This document shows, one piece after another, positions 10,132-18,717 of a stretch of 64,000 nucleotides of DNA. The stretch's first letter is position 1. Every line of letters begins with the position of its first letter. Source of the stretch: an uncultured Eubacteriales bacterium (lineage in GTDB: Bacteria; Bacillota; Clostridia; Monoglobales; Monoglobaceae). The stretch lies in the NCBI GenBank assembly GCA_905201285.1, contig CAJKNM010000001.1, positions 4,042-68,041 on the forward strand. Reading direction: 5' to 3'. Position numbers and translations under genes: made by a program. The notes beneath the pieces were generated by a model. That model saw only the letters and a program-made list of their open reading frames with translations, was not told the DNA's origin and did not search any database.

Positions 10132-10908
10132 CTAATTATTTATTGTTGTTTTGTCTGCAAGCGGTCGCATCGAATCGATTCCGTCCCAAATCATAACAGA
10201 TACCGTTTCGGCTTGCCCGAAATCAATTCCGGTCGGTGATATTTCATTTTCGCCTTGCTTCAAGCCGATATTTTCTTTATACATTTTTACAAACCTGCCT
10301 TGAGTGTCATATAATGCATATATAACATCTGCAGTGCGATTATTTGATGAAAGAATATTCACCTTGTTTTTGTCAAAGCTCAATATACTGCATTCTCTGA
10401 CTGTATATTTTATAGCATCCTCAGATACGACTATTGTTCCTTTTACCGCATTGCCGTCAGTCTGCGCAATGCCGGCACACACTGCTTTAGTTACTGTTAC
10501 ACCAATCTCGCCAACCTTTGAAATATCAATAGGAACAGAAATCTGTGCCACCTTGATTTTATCGTCCGATGAGAACCCGACTTCTTGCCCGGTTCTGCCC
10601 AGATACACTTTTAACAAAGCATTGTGTTCATTGCTCCATTCACTGTGCAGTATATTAAAGCAGGCATTGTCCGCAAGGCTCATTGTTCCTTTTTCCTTTG
10701 ATGTAAATTCCATTGTAAATATCACCGTGCTCAATGAGCGTGTATTCTCTTTATACACATCGTAATCAATTCCTTCGGCCGCTCGCCTCGGCTCAAGAAT
10801 AATTTCGGTTTGCGGATTTGCACCCGCCTGTGCTGAAACAGATGTAATGCCTGCAGATAACAGTACGGCAGTCGTAAACAGGCTCATTATTTTTTCTTGC
10901 AGTTTCAT
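10132..10908 (-). CDS. Secreted protein with N-terminal cohesin-like module and a C-terminal beta-rich domain (no dockerin, no anchor)
   Basis: 258 aa. Signal peptide ...ITSVSAQA. LLKVYLGRTGQEVGFSSDDKIKVAQISVPI is clearly paralogous to the module in the 542-aa protein. First gene of the minus-strand operon. Confidence 0.6.
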   Translation of the reverse strand: MKLQEKIMSLFTTAVLLSAGITSVSAQAGANPQTEIILEPRRAAEGIDYDVYKENTRSLSTVIFTMEFTSKEKGTMSLADNACFNILHSEWSNEHNALLKVYLGRTGQEVGFSSDDKIKVAQISVPIDISKVGEIGVTVTKAVCAGIAQTDGNAVKGTIVVSEDAIKYTVRECSILSFDKNKVNILSSNNRTADVIYALYDTQGRFVKMYKENIGLKQGENEISPTGIDFGQAETVSVMIWDGIDSMRPLADKTTINN

Positions 10909-10927
10909 AATGTCACCTCTTTCTGTG

Positions 10928-10943
10928 GTTAGTGAAAACTAAC
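10928..10943. promoter_or_regulatory. GTTAG-N6-CTAAC palindrome (copy 2), 20 nt upstream of the 10908 start codon
   Basis: GTTAGTGAAAACTAAC read directly. Confidence 0.5.
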
Positions 10944-10991
10944 TTATATTTAAAAAAATAAATATTTGTATAAATCACTTCCTTTCATATA

Positions 10992-11007
10992 GTTAGTTTA
11001 GGCTAAC
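10992..11007. promoter_or_regulatory. GTTAG-N6-CTAAC palindrome (copy 3)
   Basis: GTTAGTTTAGGCTAAC read directly. Immediately followed by an 11-bp-stem hairpin. Confidence 0.5.
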
Positions 11008-11010
11008 TGC

Positions 11011-11042
11011 GGGTCTTGAAAAAAGAGTCTATTTCAAGACCC
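11011..11042. other. Perfect 11-bp-stem hairpin in the divergent control region
   Basis: GGGTCTTGAAA-aaagagtcta-TTTCAAGACCC. No flanking U-run on either strand, so not an obvious terminator. Confidence 0.5.
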
Positions 11043-11132
11043 GAATGTTTGGTCGTCACACCATAATTAACAAAACAGAGTATATCATACTATATATGTC
11101 TTGTCAATACTATAAAAAATTTTTGTAGATAC

Positions 11133-11161
11133 TTTACAAATGAATTTATTTATGTTATACT
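11133..11161 (+). promoter_or_regulatory. Sigma-A-type promoter for the S8 protease gene
   Basis: TTTACA-17 nt-TATACT with TGn extended -10. The copy-4 palindrome begins 8 nt downstream of the -10. Confidence 0.5.
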
Positions 11162-11168
11162 TTGTCTT

Positions 11169-11184
11169 GTTAGTCGTCACTAAC
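11169..11184. promoter_or_regulatory. GTTAG-N6-CTAAC palindrome (copy 4), overlapping the predicted transcription start of the protease gene
   Basis: GTTAGTCGTCACTAAC read directly. Confidence 0.5.
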
Positions 11185-11230
11185 CGTAAATAACGCCAAC
11201 TTATTTACGAAAGGATTTGCAAAATAAAAG

Positions 11231-14200
11231 ATGAATAATCAGATTTTTAAACGCATTGCAACCGCTTTTGTTTCCGCTTGCCTTTTTATTTCGGGTTCCG
11301 GGGTATTTGCGGAGACAAATGATATTTTTGCAGTGCCGTCAAATGATATTAATAAGAGCGGAGAAAGGGGAAATGTTCGCATTATTGTTGAGCTTGATGA
11401 CACTCCGCTTCTTTCTTACGGCGAAAAAATCAGCACATACTCAAATGTTCCCGATTTTCTCGCATCAAACGAAGCCAAAAGGATTGAGCAAAAGCTTGAG
11501 CAAAACCGCAAAGCCGTAAAAAAAGCGTTTGTGCAGAGCGGTATGGATTTCACAGTAAAGCGCGAATATTCGGCGGTAATGAACGGTTTGTCCGTGGAAG
11601 CCAATATTGATGACTTGAATGAAATCAAAGAAACTGACGGTGTAAAGGATGCTTTTGTTGCGGAATTTTATAGCCTTCCCAAGCCGGTAAATGCCTATTC
11701 AAACGGCGGAGTTTCCGCAATAGGCGGCGATATTGTCGGCGAAAAACTCGGTCTGACCGGTAAAAACAGTGCCGTTGCAATTCTTGATACGGGCCTCGAC
11801 TTATCCCATCCTGCTTTTTCATCGGTAAACAGTCCGAAATATTCCAAGGATGATATTGAAAATGTTATCAAAAACAATAAAATGACCATAGGTAAACTGA
11901 ACGTTTCAAAAGTCTATATAAATGACAAAATTCCTTATGCGTATGATTATGCCGATGTTGATACAAATGTTTCAGGCGGCGATTCTCACGGCACTCATGT
12001 TGCCGGAATTGTGGGTGCAAACGGAGGCGGAATTGTTGAGGGAGTCGCACCCGATGCACAGCTTTTAATTATGAAGGTTTTCGGCGACTCAACAGGCGGC
12101 GCATATGATGATGATATTTTGGCGGCTCTTGATGATTCCGTTAAATTCGGGGTGGATTCCATCAACATGAGCCTCGGCTCCACGGCGGGTTTTTCGGAAA
12201 GCGCATATAAATCCATGCGTGAGGTATATAACCGTGTAAAAAATTCGGGAATTGCTTTATATTGTGCTGCCGGCAATGAGTACAGTTCATCTTATCGGAA
12301 CACTGCCGGCAACGATCTGCCGAAAGCAACGGAACCTGACAACGGCACAGTAGCTTCGCCGTCTACCTATGATGCTGCTCTTTCGGTTGCGAGCATGAAT
12401 AATATAGAAACCACTTCGGTATATTTACTTGCAAGCGGCAGAAAAATCCGATATAACGACCCGTCCGAAAAACCGAGCGGTCAACTCACATCGCTTTCGG
12501 GTGCTTTTGAGTACGTTGATTGTGGTATAGGTGCGGCGGCAGATTTTTCAGATAAAAATTTAAAAGGGAAAATCGCTTTGATAAGACGTGCCGGTGAAGA
12601 AAACGGCGAAATTCTCACCTTTGCACAAAAAGAAACAAATGCAAAAAATGCAGGTGCGATTGCTGCGATTATTTACGATAATGTAGACGGTGCTCTTGTA
12701 AATATGTCAACCGACAATAAGATACCGTGTGTGTTTATCAGTAAGGCAGACGGTGAGTATCTTTGCGAACAAGCTGACAAACACCTTTCGGTAAGCGAAG
12801 ATTATGTTGACAGATTTAAAGATAGTTACAGCGGAAAGATGAGCGACTTTTCGTCTTGGGGCATCACTCCGGATTTAAAACTAAAACCTGAAATTACAGC
12901 TCCCGGAGGGGATATTTATTCCACACTTCCGAACGGGCTTTACGGAAATATGAGCGGCACATCGATGGCATCGCCGCATATGGCGGGGGCTGCGGCAGTT
13001 ATGCAACAATACATACTTGAAAATAAAAACGGACTGAATATGACAGCGGCTGAAAGAACCAGTCTTTTTAATGCTCTTATGATGAGTACGGCTGTTCCGG
13101 TCAGAGATGTAAACGGTATTCCGTATTCGCCGAGAAAACAAGGTGCGGGACTTGTTCAGCTCCAAAATGCCGTAAAAACAAATGCGTTTCTTTTAAATAC
13201 AGATAACGGCAGACCGAAAGCCGAATTAGGCTATAATAAAATCGGACAGTATACCTTTGATTTTAAGGCGGTGTCTGCAAGCGGCAACGATATTCAATAC
13301 GAGCCTTCGGTAACAGTTCTTACTGAGGACACCGTTATGGAAAACGGTGTTGTGTATATGGCGCAAAAAGCAAGAGAGCTTTCAAGCGAAGAGGTTACGA
13401 TAACCTTGCCGAAGAAAATAACGCTTGCGCCGAACGGAGAAACCGATATAAATGTAAAAATTGAACTTACGGAAAAAGGCAAAGCAAATCTGAAAAAAGA
13501 TTTTCCTAACGGTATTTATATTGAGGGTTATGTAACGCTTAATCCGATACAAAACGGCGAGGTGGCTCTTTCTTATCCGTTTATGGGGTTTTTTGGAGAT
13601 TGGCAGGCTCTTTCCATGTTTGATTCAGACATTTATGATGATGAAACTGCGTCAATCTGTGAAACGCAAATCGGACAGTTCAGAAACAGTGACGGAGGCG
13701 GATATATTCTGGGTCACAACTATTATGTTGACGGTTCGGAAGAATATAATGCCGATAAAATTGCGATAAAAGGGAACGAATCCGGCAAGAATGTTACCGC
13801 CGCCGTTTCTCTTTTGAGAAATGCCGACAAGCTTACATTTTCGGTGGAGGATATTGACGGAAATACCGTTTACAGCGAGAGCTTATCAAAGGTTTCAAAA
13901 ACGCATTACTCCTCCGAAGCCTTTTACACGCCTATGGCGGCAAAAGGCTGGGAGCCGTTTGATACATGGAATACTCCGCTTGGTGACGGAAGCTATGTTT
14001 ATAAAATCACGGCAGTGTTAGCCGGCAGGGAAGAAACAAGGTCTTTTCCGATAGTGATAGACAGTACGGCGCCGGAGGTATTATCAAGCAGAATTGAAGG
14101 CGCACGTTGGATTTTGAGCGTTCACGACAATCACTATATTCAGGGTATATGTGTAACGGCAAACGGCAAAGAACCGATAACAAAATGGATAGAACCGGAT

Positions 14201-15214
14201 GCCGAATCGGCTGATGCAATATCGGAAATTACATTTGATCTGTCATCTTCAGAATTTAAAGGACTGACGCAGGCAAAGATTGCACTGATAGATTATGCCG
14301 GAAACACATATCTTTCGGACTATTACTCGCTTTCGGGTGCGTCAATCGTATATCCTCAGTCGGTAACGCTTGACAAATCGTCGCTTATAATGACCGAGGG
14401 TGAAAGTATAAGGCTTTCAGCCGAGGTTATGCCCGGAAATGCCTCTAACAGAACGGTTGCGTGGAGCACTTCAAATGCCGAAACGGCAGAAGTAACTGCA
14501 GACGGAATTGTTAATGCAAAAAAGTCTGGGAGTGCGATTATTACGGCAGAAACAATAAACGGAATAAAAGCAAGCTGCGAGATAACCGTAAATGCCAAAA
14601 TGCCGGAAGCATTTTCTGTTGAGGCAGCCGTCACAGCTAAAAAGAATATCTTTGCCGGGGATATAATACCATTTGGATTTCAACTTGGTAATATGAAAAA
14701 AGTTGCAACCGTTTCATTTACATTTGAAAAGGATGCTGCCCTGCAATATGCAAATCTGATCGGCAAAAATGGATTTACACCGCTTGGAATCAAATGGAAC
14801 GATGATAATACCGCAACAATAGCGTTGTCATATTTGCAGAACGGAGCAGGGGGGAGTGTGAGCAAACCGGAGTTTTTTGATGTTGCCGAAGTTCAGTTTA
14901 AAGAGATTCTTTCCGATATGTCCGTCGGTATAAAGCTTATTGATGTTTCTGCAGCAGGATATGATGAAAACGGAAAAGCGGTTTATTTTACAACGAAGAT
15001 TACCGCAGAAAATGCAAATACAACCGTAATCAACAACCCAAGCTGTGATGTTAACAGCGACGGTATAATTGATCTTCTTGATATTACATATTGTCAAAAA
15101 TATTATCGAAAAGATAAAAGCTCATCAGAATGGAATAATTTTAAGCGTTGTGATTTGGATGGTAACGGTTTGATTGATATACAGGATTTAATTATTATTT
15201 TGAAAACAATGTAA
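11231..15214 (+). CDS. Subtilisin-family (S8) cell-envelope serine protease with PA domain, Big_2, cohesin-like module and C-terminal dockerin
   Basis: 1327 aa. Signal peptide. Catalytic Asp AILDTGLD, His HGTHVAGIV, Ser GTSMASPHMAG. PA insert GKIALIRRAG...AGAIAAIIYDN. Big_2 VTLDKSSLIMTEGESIRLSAEV...ITV. Tail CDVNSDGIIDLLDITYCQKYY...CDLDGNGLIDIQDLIIIL. Confidence 0.9.
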   Translation: MNNQIFKRIATAFVSACLFISGSGVFAETNDIFAVPSNDINKSGERGNVRIIVELDDTPLLSYGEKISTYSNVPDFLASNEAKRIEQKLEQNRKAVKKAFVQSGMDFTVKREYSAVMNGLSVEANIDDLNEIKETDGVKDAFVAEFYSLPKPVNAYSNGGVSAIGGDIVGEKLGLTGKNSAVAILDTGLDLSHPAFSSVNSPKYSKDDIENVIKNNKMTIGKLNVSKVYINDKIPYAYDYADVDTNVSGGDSHGTHVAGIVGANGGGIVEGVAPDAQLLIMKVFGDSTGGAYDDDILAALDDSVKFGVDSINMSLGSTAGFSESAYKSMREVYNRVKNSGIALYCAAGNEYSSSYRNTAGNDLPKATEPDNGTVASPSTYDAALSVASMNNIETTSVYLLASGRKIRYNDPSEKPSGQLTSLSGAFEYVDCGIGAAADFSDKNLKGKIALIRRAGEENGEILTFAQKETNAKNAGAIAAIIYDNVDGALVNMSTDNKIPCVFISKADGEYLCEQADKHLSVSEDYVDRFKDSYSGKMSDFSSWGITPDLKLKPEITAPGGDIYSTLPNGLYGNMSGTSMASPHMAGAAAVMQQYILENKNGLNMTAAERTSLFNALMMSTAVPVRDVNGIPYSPRKQGAGLVQLQNAVKTNAFLLNTDNGRPKAELGYNKIGQYTFDFKAVSASGNDIQYEPSVTVLTEDTVMENGVVYMAQKARELSSEEVTITLPKKITLAPNGETDINVKIELTEKGKANLKKDFPNGIYIEGYVTLNPIQNGEVALSYPFMGFFGDWQALSMFDSDIYDDETASICETQIGQFRNSDGGGYILGHNYYVDGSEEYNADKIAIKGNESGKNVTAAVSLLRNADKLTFSVEDIDGNTVYSESLSKVSKTHYSSEAFYTPMAAKGWEPFDTWNTPLGDGSYVYKITAVLAGREETRSFPIVIDSTAPEVLSSRIEGARWILSVHDNHYIQGICVTANGKEPITKWIEPDAESADAISEITFDLSSSEFKGLTQAKIALIDYAGNTYLSDYYSLSGASIVYPQSVTLDKSSLIMTEGESIRLSAEVMPGNASNRTVAWSTSNAETAEVTADGIVNAKKSGSAIITAETINGIKASCEITVNAKMPEAFSVEAAVTAKKNIFAGDIIPFGFQLGNMKKVATVSFTFEKDAALQYANLIGKNGFTPLGIKWNDDNTATIALSYLQNGAGGSVSKPEFFDVAEVQFKEILSDMSVGIKLIDVSAAGYDENGKAVYFTTKITAENANTTVINNPSCDVNSDGIIDLLDITYCQKYYRKDKSSSEWNNFKRCDLDGNGLIDIQDLIIILKTM
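15044..15211 (+). other. Dockerin module
   Basis: DVNSDGIIDLLD and DLDGNGLIDIQD loops. Linker SSEWNNFK keeps the conserved Trp. Confidence 0.7.
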
Positions 15215-15237
15215 AATATAAAAGGACATATCGCTGA

Positions 15238-15258
15238 AAAGGGGCAATATGCCCTTTT
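15238..15258 (+). terminator. Probable terminator of the protease gene
   Basis: AAAGGGGC-aatat-GCCCTTTT hairpin 24 nt after the stop. Confidence 0.45.
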
Positions 15259-15292
15259 ATATATGCAGTTATTTTGAGTGGTTTTAAAGAGT

Positions 15293-16778
15293 GGGGGTGC
15301 GGACATATTCTTGGACTGTTTTATGCTGCTAATCCAAGATTATGCCTGTACTCCACAGGACTCATATAGCCCAGCGATTGTTTGATACGTTTTGTATTAT
15401 ACCAAGTAATATAGTCGTTAATTTCATTTATAAAATCTTTCATTGAGACACCTATCCATGAACGCCCGTAAAACATTTCATTTTTTAATCTGCCGAAAAA
15501 TCCTTCACACGCTGCATTGTCAGGAGAGCAGCCTTTCTTTGACATAGAACGTGTTAATTCGGCGGCTTCCATACGTTTTATCCATCACGTCCAGCGATAA
15601 TGACAGCCTCTGTCTGTGTGTACAAGAGGATGCTCTGATGTTGATAATGTCCCAATAGCATCTTCAAGCATTTTATTAACCAAGATAGAATCAGGTGTCG
15701 TCCCAATATTCCATTTTACAACCATACCATCAAAACAATCAATAATAGGTGATAGATATACCTTCCCGGAAGGAATGGCAAATTCGGTTATATCCGTCAA
15801 CCATTTCTGATTGGGTTTTTCTGCATGAAAATCACGATTAATTACATTCTCAACTTCAGGAGTGATTTCACCTTTATATGAACTATATTTCTTTTGTCGT
15901 TTAGACATGACTAAGAGATTTTCAGATTTCATGATATCACGAACTATCTTTTCTGAAATAGTAATTCCCAGTCTTTTCAATTCCTGATGAATCCTTCTAT
16001 ATCCGTAGCACTTTCTATTCTCGTTGAATAATTCTATTATCTTTTTACGAATATGGCTGTATTTATCAGGTTGCTTTATTGCTGTTTTATGATAATAATA
16101 GCTGCTTTTTGCCATATTTAAAAGCCTTAACAAATTCGGCAGTGGATATCTGTCTTTCATAGCATCAATGACCACTGCTTTTTCATGGTTTTTTAGTTCC
16201 GTTACATTGATGCCGGGGTCTTTTTTTAACAAGTTCAATGCCTCTTTCAATACATCAACTTCCATTTGCAGCTGTTTAATTTGTTCCTGTAACTCAGAAA
16301 TATCCTGAGTCGGTATAGATTTCGTATTAAAATCAATATTCTCGCGTTTGATTTGTTTCTTTGATGACATAAGACCTGCAACTCCGTATTTTTGATACTG
16401 CCGATACCAAGCATATATACTCATACGGCTATATCCTATTTCTCTTGATACATATTCTACACCTTCTCCAAGAGAAAAGCAACGCTTTATTGCTTCTAAT
16501 TTTAAATTTATATCAGGATAACGTGGATGTTCAGGTGCATTAATATATTTTTGTTGAATTTGATAAGGTTTATTGGGAGAACCATGATAATCCTGTTTAT
16601 TTGCAAGCATATTTCTATACCAATCATATAGCGTATGTCGTGACGGATATCCTAGATATGTTATGGTTGCCTGAACAGATCCTAATCGCTCATATTCTTT
16701 TAATGCATGCTCTTTTTGTTCTTTTGTGTACATATATATTTTACTCCTTTCAGAGTCCAAGAATATGTCCGCACCCCC
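15293..16778 (-). mobile_element. IS3-family insertion sequence (1486 bp)
   Basis: Perfect 25-bp terminal inverted repeats: GGGGGTGCGGACATATTCTTGGACT at 15293-15317 and its reverse complement at 16754-16778. They enclose a transposase with HTH, leucine-zipper-like and rve (DDE) regions. No clear target duplication seen. Confidence 0.85.
15321..16733 (-). pseudogene. IS3-family transposase (single fused ORF) interrupted by one in-frame TGA
   Basis: The 448-aa and 83-aa ORFs are in the same frame: ...HTDRGCHYRWT-TGA(15585-15587)-WIKRMEAAELTRSMSKKGCSPDNAACEGFFGRLKNEMFY...WYNTKRIKQSLGYMSPVEYR. Real start is MYTKEQKEH at 16733 (AAAGGAG RBS). The upstream 66 codons of the tracked ORF cross the IR and are not coding. 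Confidence 0.8.
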
Positions 16779-16788
16779 CGCCCGCAGA

Positions 16789-17097
16789 TTACATATCCCG
16801 ATATTGCCAAATTGCATTGTTGGCAATGTCAACAAGCTCGCCGTAGCTATAACCATTTGTCTGTCCATTCTGCCAAGCGCTAAAGAATATGCGATTTGAT
16901 TTTGCTCTTGCATCGGCATATCCCAAACCATTCTGTACTTCTGTCAAAATATCGCCAATAAAGTTTTCAACAATGATTATTGCTTCATTCGTGGCATTGC
17001 AGGGTGCCGACTCTCTCGGCACTTCTGCTGCATTTGCAGAAAAAGAACTTATTAAAATTGATGCGATTGATAATATGGATATGATTGATTTCTTCAT
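16789..17097 (-). CDS. Small secreted protein of unknown function
   Basis: 102 aa. Signal peptide MKKSIISILSIASILISSFSANA. ATGA start/stop overlap with the upstream TnpV-like gene. Confidence 0.5.
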   Translation of the reverse strand: MKKSIISILSIASILISSFSANAAEVPRESAPCNATNEAIIIVENFIGDILTEVQNGLGYADARAKSNRIFFSAWQNGQTNGYSYGELVDIANNAIWQYRDM

Positions 17098-17480
17098 CTT
17101 GAAACACCTCCTGCATAAACTATATCTTCAAATACAAATTCTTCTGCGGTGTGTTTTATCTGCTCTATAGCAGAAAACCAGGCAAATTGGTCGTTAGCTT
17201 TGAGTTCTTCGGTGATGCCCTGTTTGATAACCAATTCTTTAATCAGTCTGTCAACCATTTCCTTTGCGGTTGTGTCAATTTCTTCAAGATACGCAAGCCA
17301 AGTTCCATTCATCATTTTCGTTGAGTAAAAGCAAGGTCTGTTTTCTTTGATAAATTTTGCGTGCACTCTGCCATATTTACCGATTTTATAGACTTTTTCA
17401 TCGGGTACAGTTAGGTTTGGAATGTAGTAATCTCCGTTTCTTACATACTCAATTCCATTTTCGATAAATCTTTCCTTCAT
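17094..17480 (-). CDS. TnpV-like protein (accessory protein of Tn4451-type mobilisable transposons)
   Basis: 128 aa. MKERFIENGIEYVRNGDYYIPNLTVPDEKVYKIGKYGRVHAKFIKENRP...LEEIDTTAKEMVDRLIKEL...GITEELKANDQFAW matches my recollection of the TnpV family layout. Confidence 0.65.
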   Translation of the reverse strand: MKERFIENGIEYVRNGDYYIPNLTVPDEKVYKIGKYGRVHAKFIKENRPCFYSTKMMNGTWLAYLEEIDTTAKEMVDRLIKELVIKQGITEELKANDQFAWFSAIEQIKHTAEEFVFEDIVYAGGVSR

Positions 17481-17688
17481 AGCGTAAACGCCTCCTTTAA
17501 ATTTGGTATCTTCATTTTATCAGAAGGCATTTAATTTGACGAATGTACGGATAAAAAAGAAAAAGCCAAAAACCCATTTTACTGAGTTTTCAGCTCTATC
17601 TTTTGCCTTTGCTATGCCAATTTAGCTAAATTTTCATGTTTTCAAAATTACTTCCTTATCTGGTCTTGGCATTTGCGGTGACCTTTAG

Positions 17689-18642
17689 TTATTTATTATA
17701 TGTTATTGTGACGGAGGTGCTGTTTTCGTCCCAGACAACCCTTCCGCCGACCGCCTGAACAACATCGCGGATAGGAAGAAGCACGCGGTTGTTATATTCA
17801 ATCGCCGGAGACGAAAGATATACTGTCTCTCCGTTAACGCGCATAAACTCACTTTCGGGCTTTATCAGAATTCTATAGCCGTCTATATCTATGCCGGCAT
17901 AGTTCATATCGTCATACCATTCGATTTTTGCGCCCATATCCTCTAATACCGAGCGAAGCGGAACGAGCGTGCGGAAACGTTTATTATCGGTCACGGGGGC
18001 CTGGTCAAAGTCAACCTCATCTCCGTTGACATAAACGGTTATAAGATTTTCGTAAGGAATTTCGTGAGCCTCGGCGTACGAGAGCGCGGTCGGCTCATCA
18101 CTGAGCTTACAGTAAATCTTAACGCCCGGGCTGTCGAGAAAGGCGTCCTCTGAGATTGAGTCCACCGTTGACGCAATCGATATCGACGAAAGATTCGGGC
18201 ATTTGGCAAATGCCTTTTCGCCTATTCCTCTCACGCCGTAAGGAACGGTTATCCCTATTAACGCCTCGCACTGATAGAATACGCCCTCTTCAATGGTGCT
18301 GATTCCCTTTGAAAGATGAACGGCTTTTATACTGCTGCTATAGGCGAAGCACATACTTCCGACAGAAGATATTGTATTCGGAAGGGTTACTTCGGTAATG
18401 TTCTCACTTCCGCCGAAAGCGCCGTCACCGAGCGCGGTAACCGAATACCCGTCAATCGTATCGGGAACATCCACGCGGCCGTTTATATCGTCAACTCCGG
18501 TAATCGTTGCAGAGCTTCCGATGACGGTATAGGTATAGATATCACTTTTATACGTATTTGCATCTGCGTCTTCCGCTGAAACCGTGCCGACGCACAAAAG
18601 TGAGATTATAAGCAGAAACGCAGCAAAAATGTGTTTCTTCAT
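17689..18642 (-). CDS. Secreted BspA-type LRR protein with C-terminal copper-amine-oxidase-N-like (stalk) domain
   Basis: 317 aa. Signal peptide. LRR_5 units (ITEVTLPNTISSVGSMCFAYSSSIKAVHL...). C-terminus RTLVPLRSVLEDMGAKIEWY...NNRVLLPIRDVVQAVGGRVVWD. Confidence 0.75.
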   Translation of the reverse strand: MKKHIFAAFLLIISLLCVGTVSAEDADANTYKSDIYTYTVIGSSATITGVDDINGRVDVPDTIDGYSVTALGDGAFGGSENITEVTLPNTISSVGSMCFAYSSSIKAVHLSKGISTIEEGVFYQCEALIGITVPYGVRGIGEKAFAKCPNLSSISIASTVDSISEDAFLDSPGVKIYCKLSDEPTALSYAEAHEIPYENLITVYVNGDEVDFDQAPVTDNKRFRTLVPLRSVLEDMGAKIEWYDDMNYAGIDIDGYRILIKPESEFMRVNGETVYLSSPAIEYNNRVLLPIRDVVQAVGGRVVWDENSTSVTITYNK

Positions 18643-18717
18643 TATTAATCACCTCATAATAAAATTTGTGCTTTTGACAAAACACAAATTCTATTATAAC
18701 ATATTTTAAAAGAAAAA

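Noticed and set aside
4794-15214. Calling the cohesin/dockerin cluster a cellulosome.
   Set aside because: None of the five proteins shows a glycoside hydrolase, a carbohydrate-binding module or a multi-cohesin scaffoldin. The cargo domains are LRR adhesin-like repeats and a protease.
15585-15587. The in-frame TGA of the IS3 transposase as evidence for an alternative genetic code (UGA read as Gly, as in code 25).
   Set aside because: TGA is plainly used as a stop elsewhere in the window. Examples are the ATGA stop/start overlaps at 17094-17097 and 47467-47470, where TGA ends the upstream ORF exactly at the start of the next gene. A nonsense mutation or rare readthrough is far more likely.
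16734-16931. The N-terminal 66 codons of the tracked 448-aa transposase ORF.
   Set aside because: This stretch crosses the right inverted repeat and continues into flanking DNA. The true start, MYTKEQ at 16733, has an AAAGGAG RBS inside the element.
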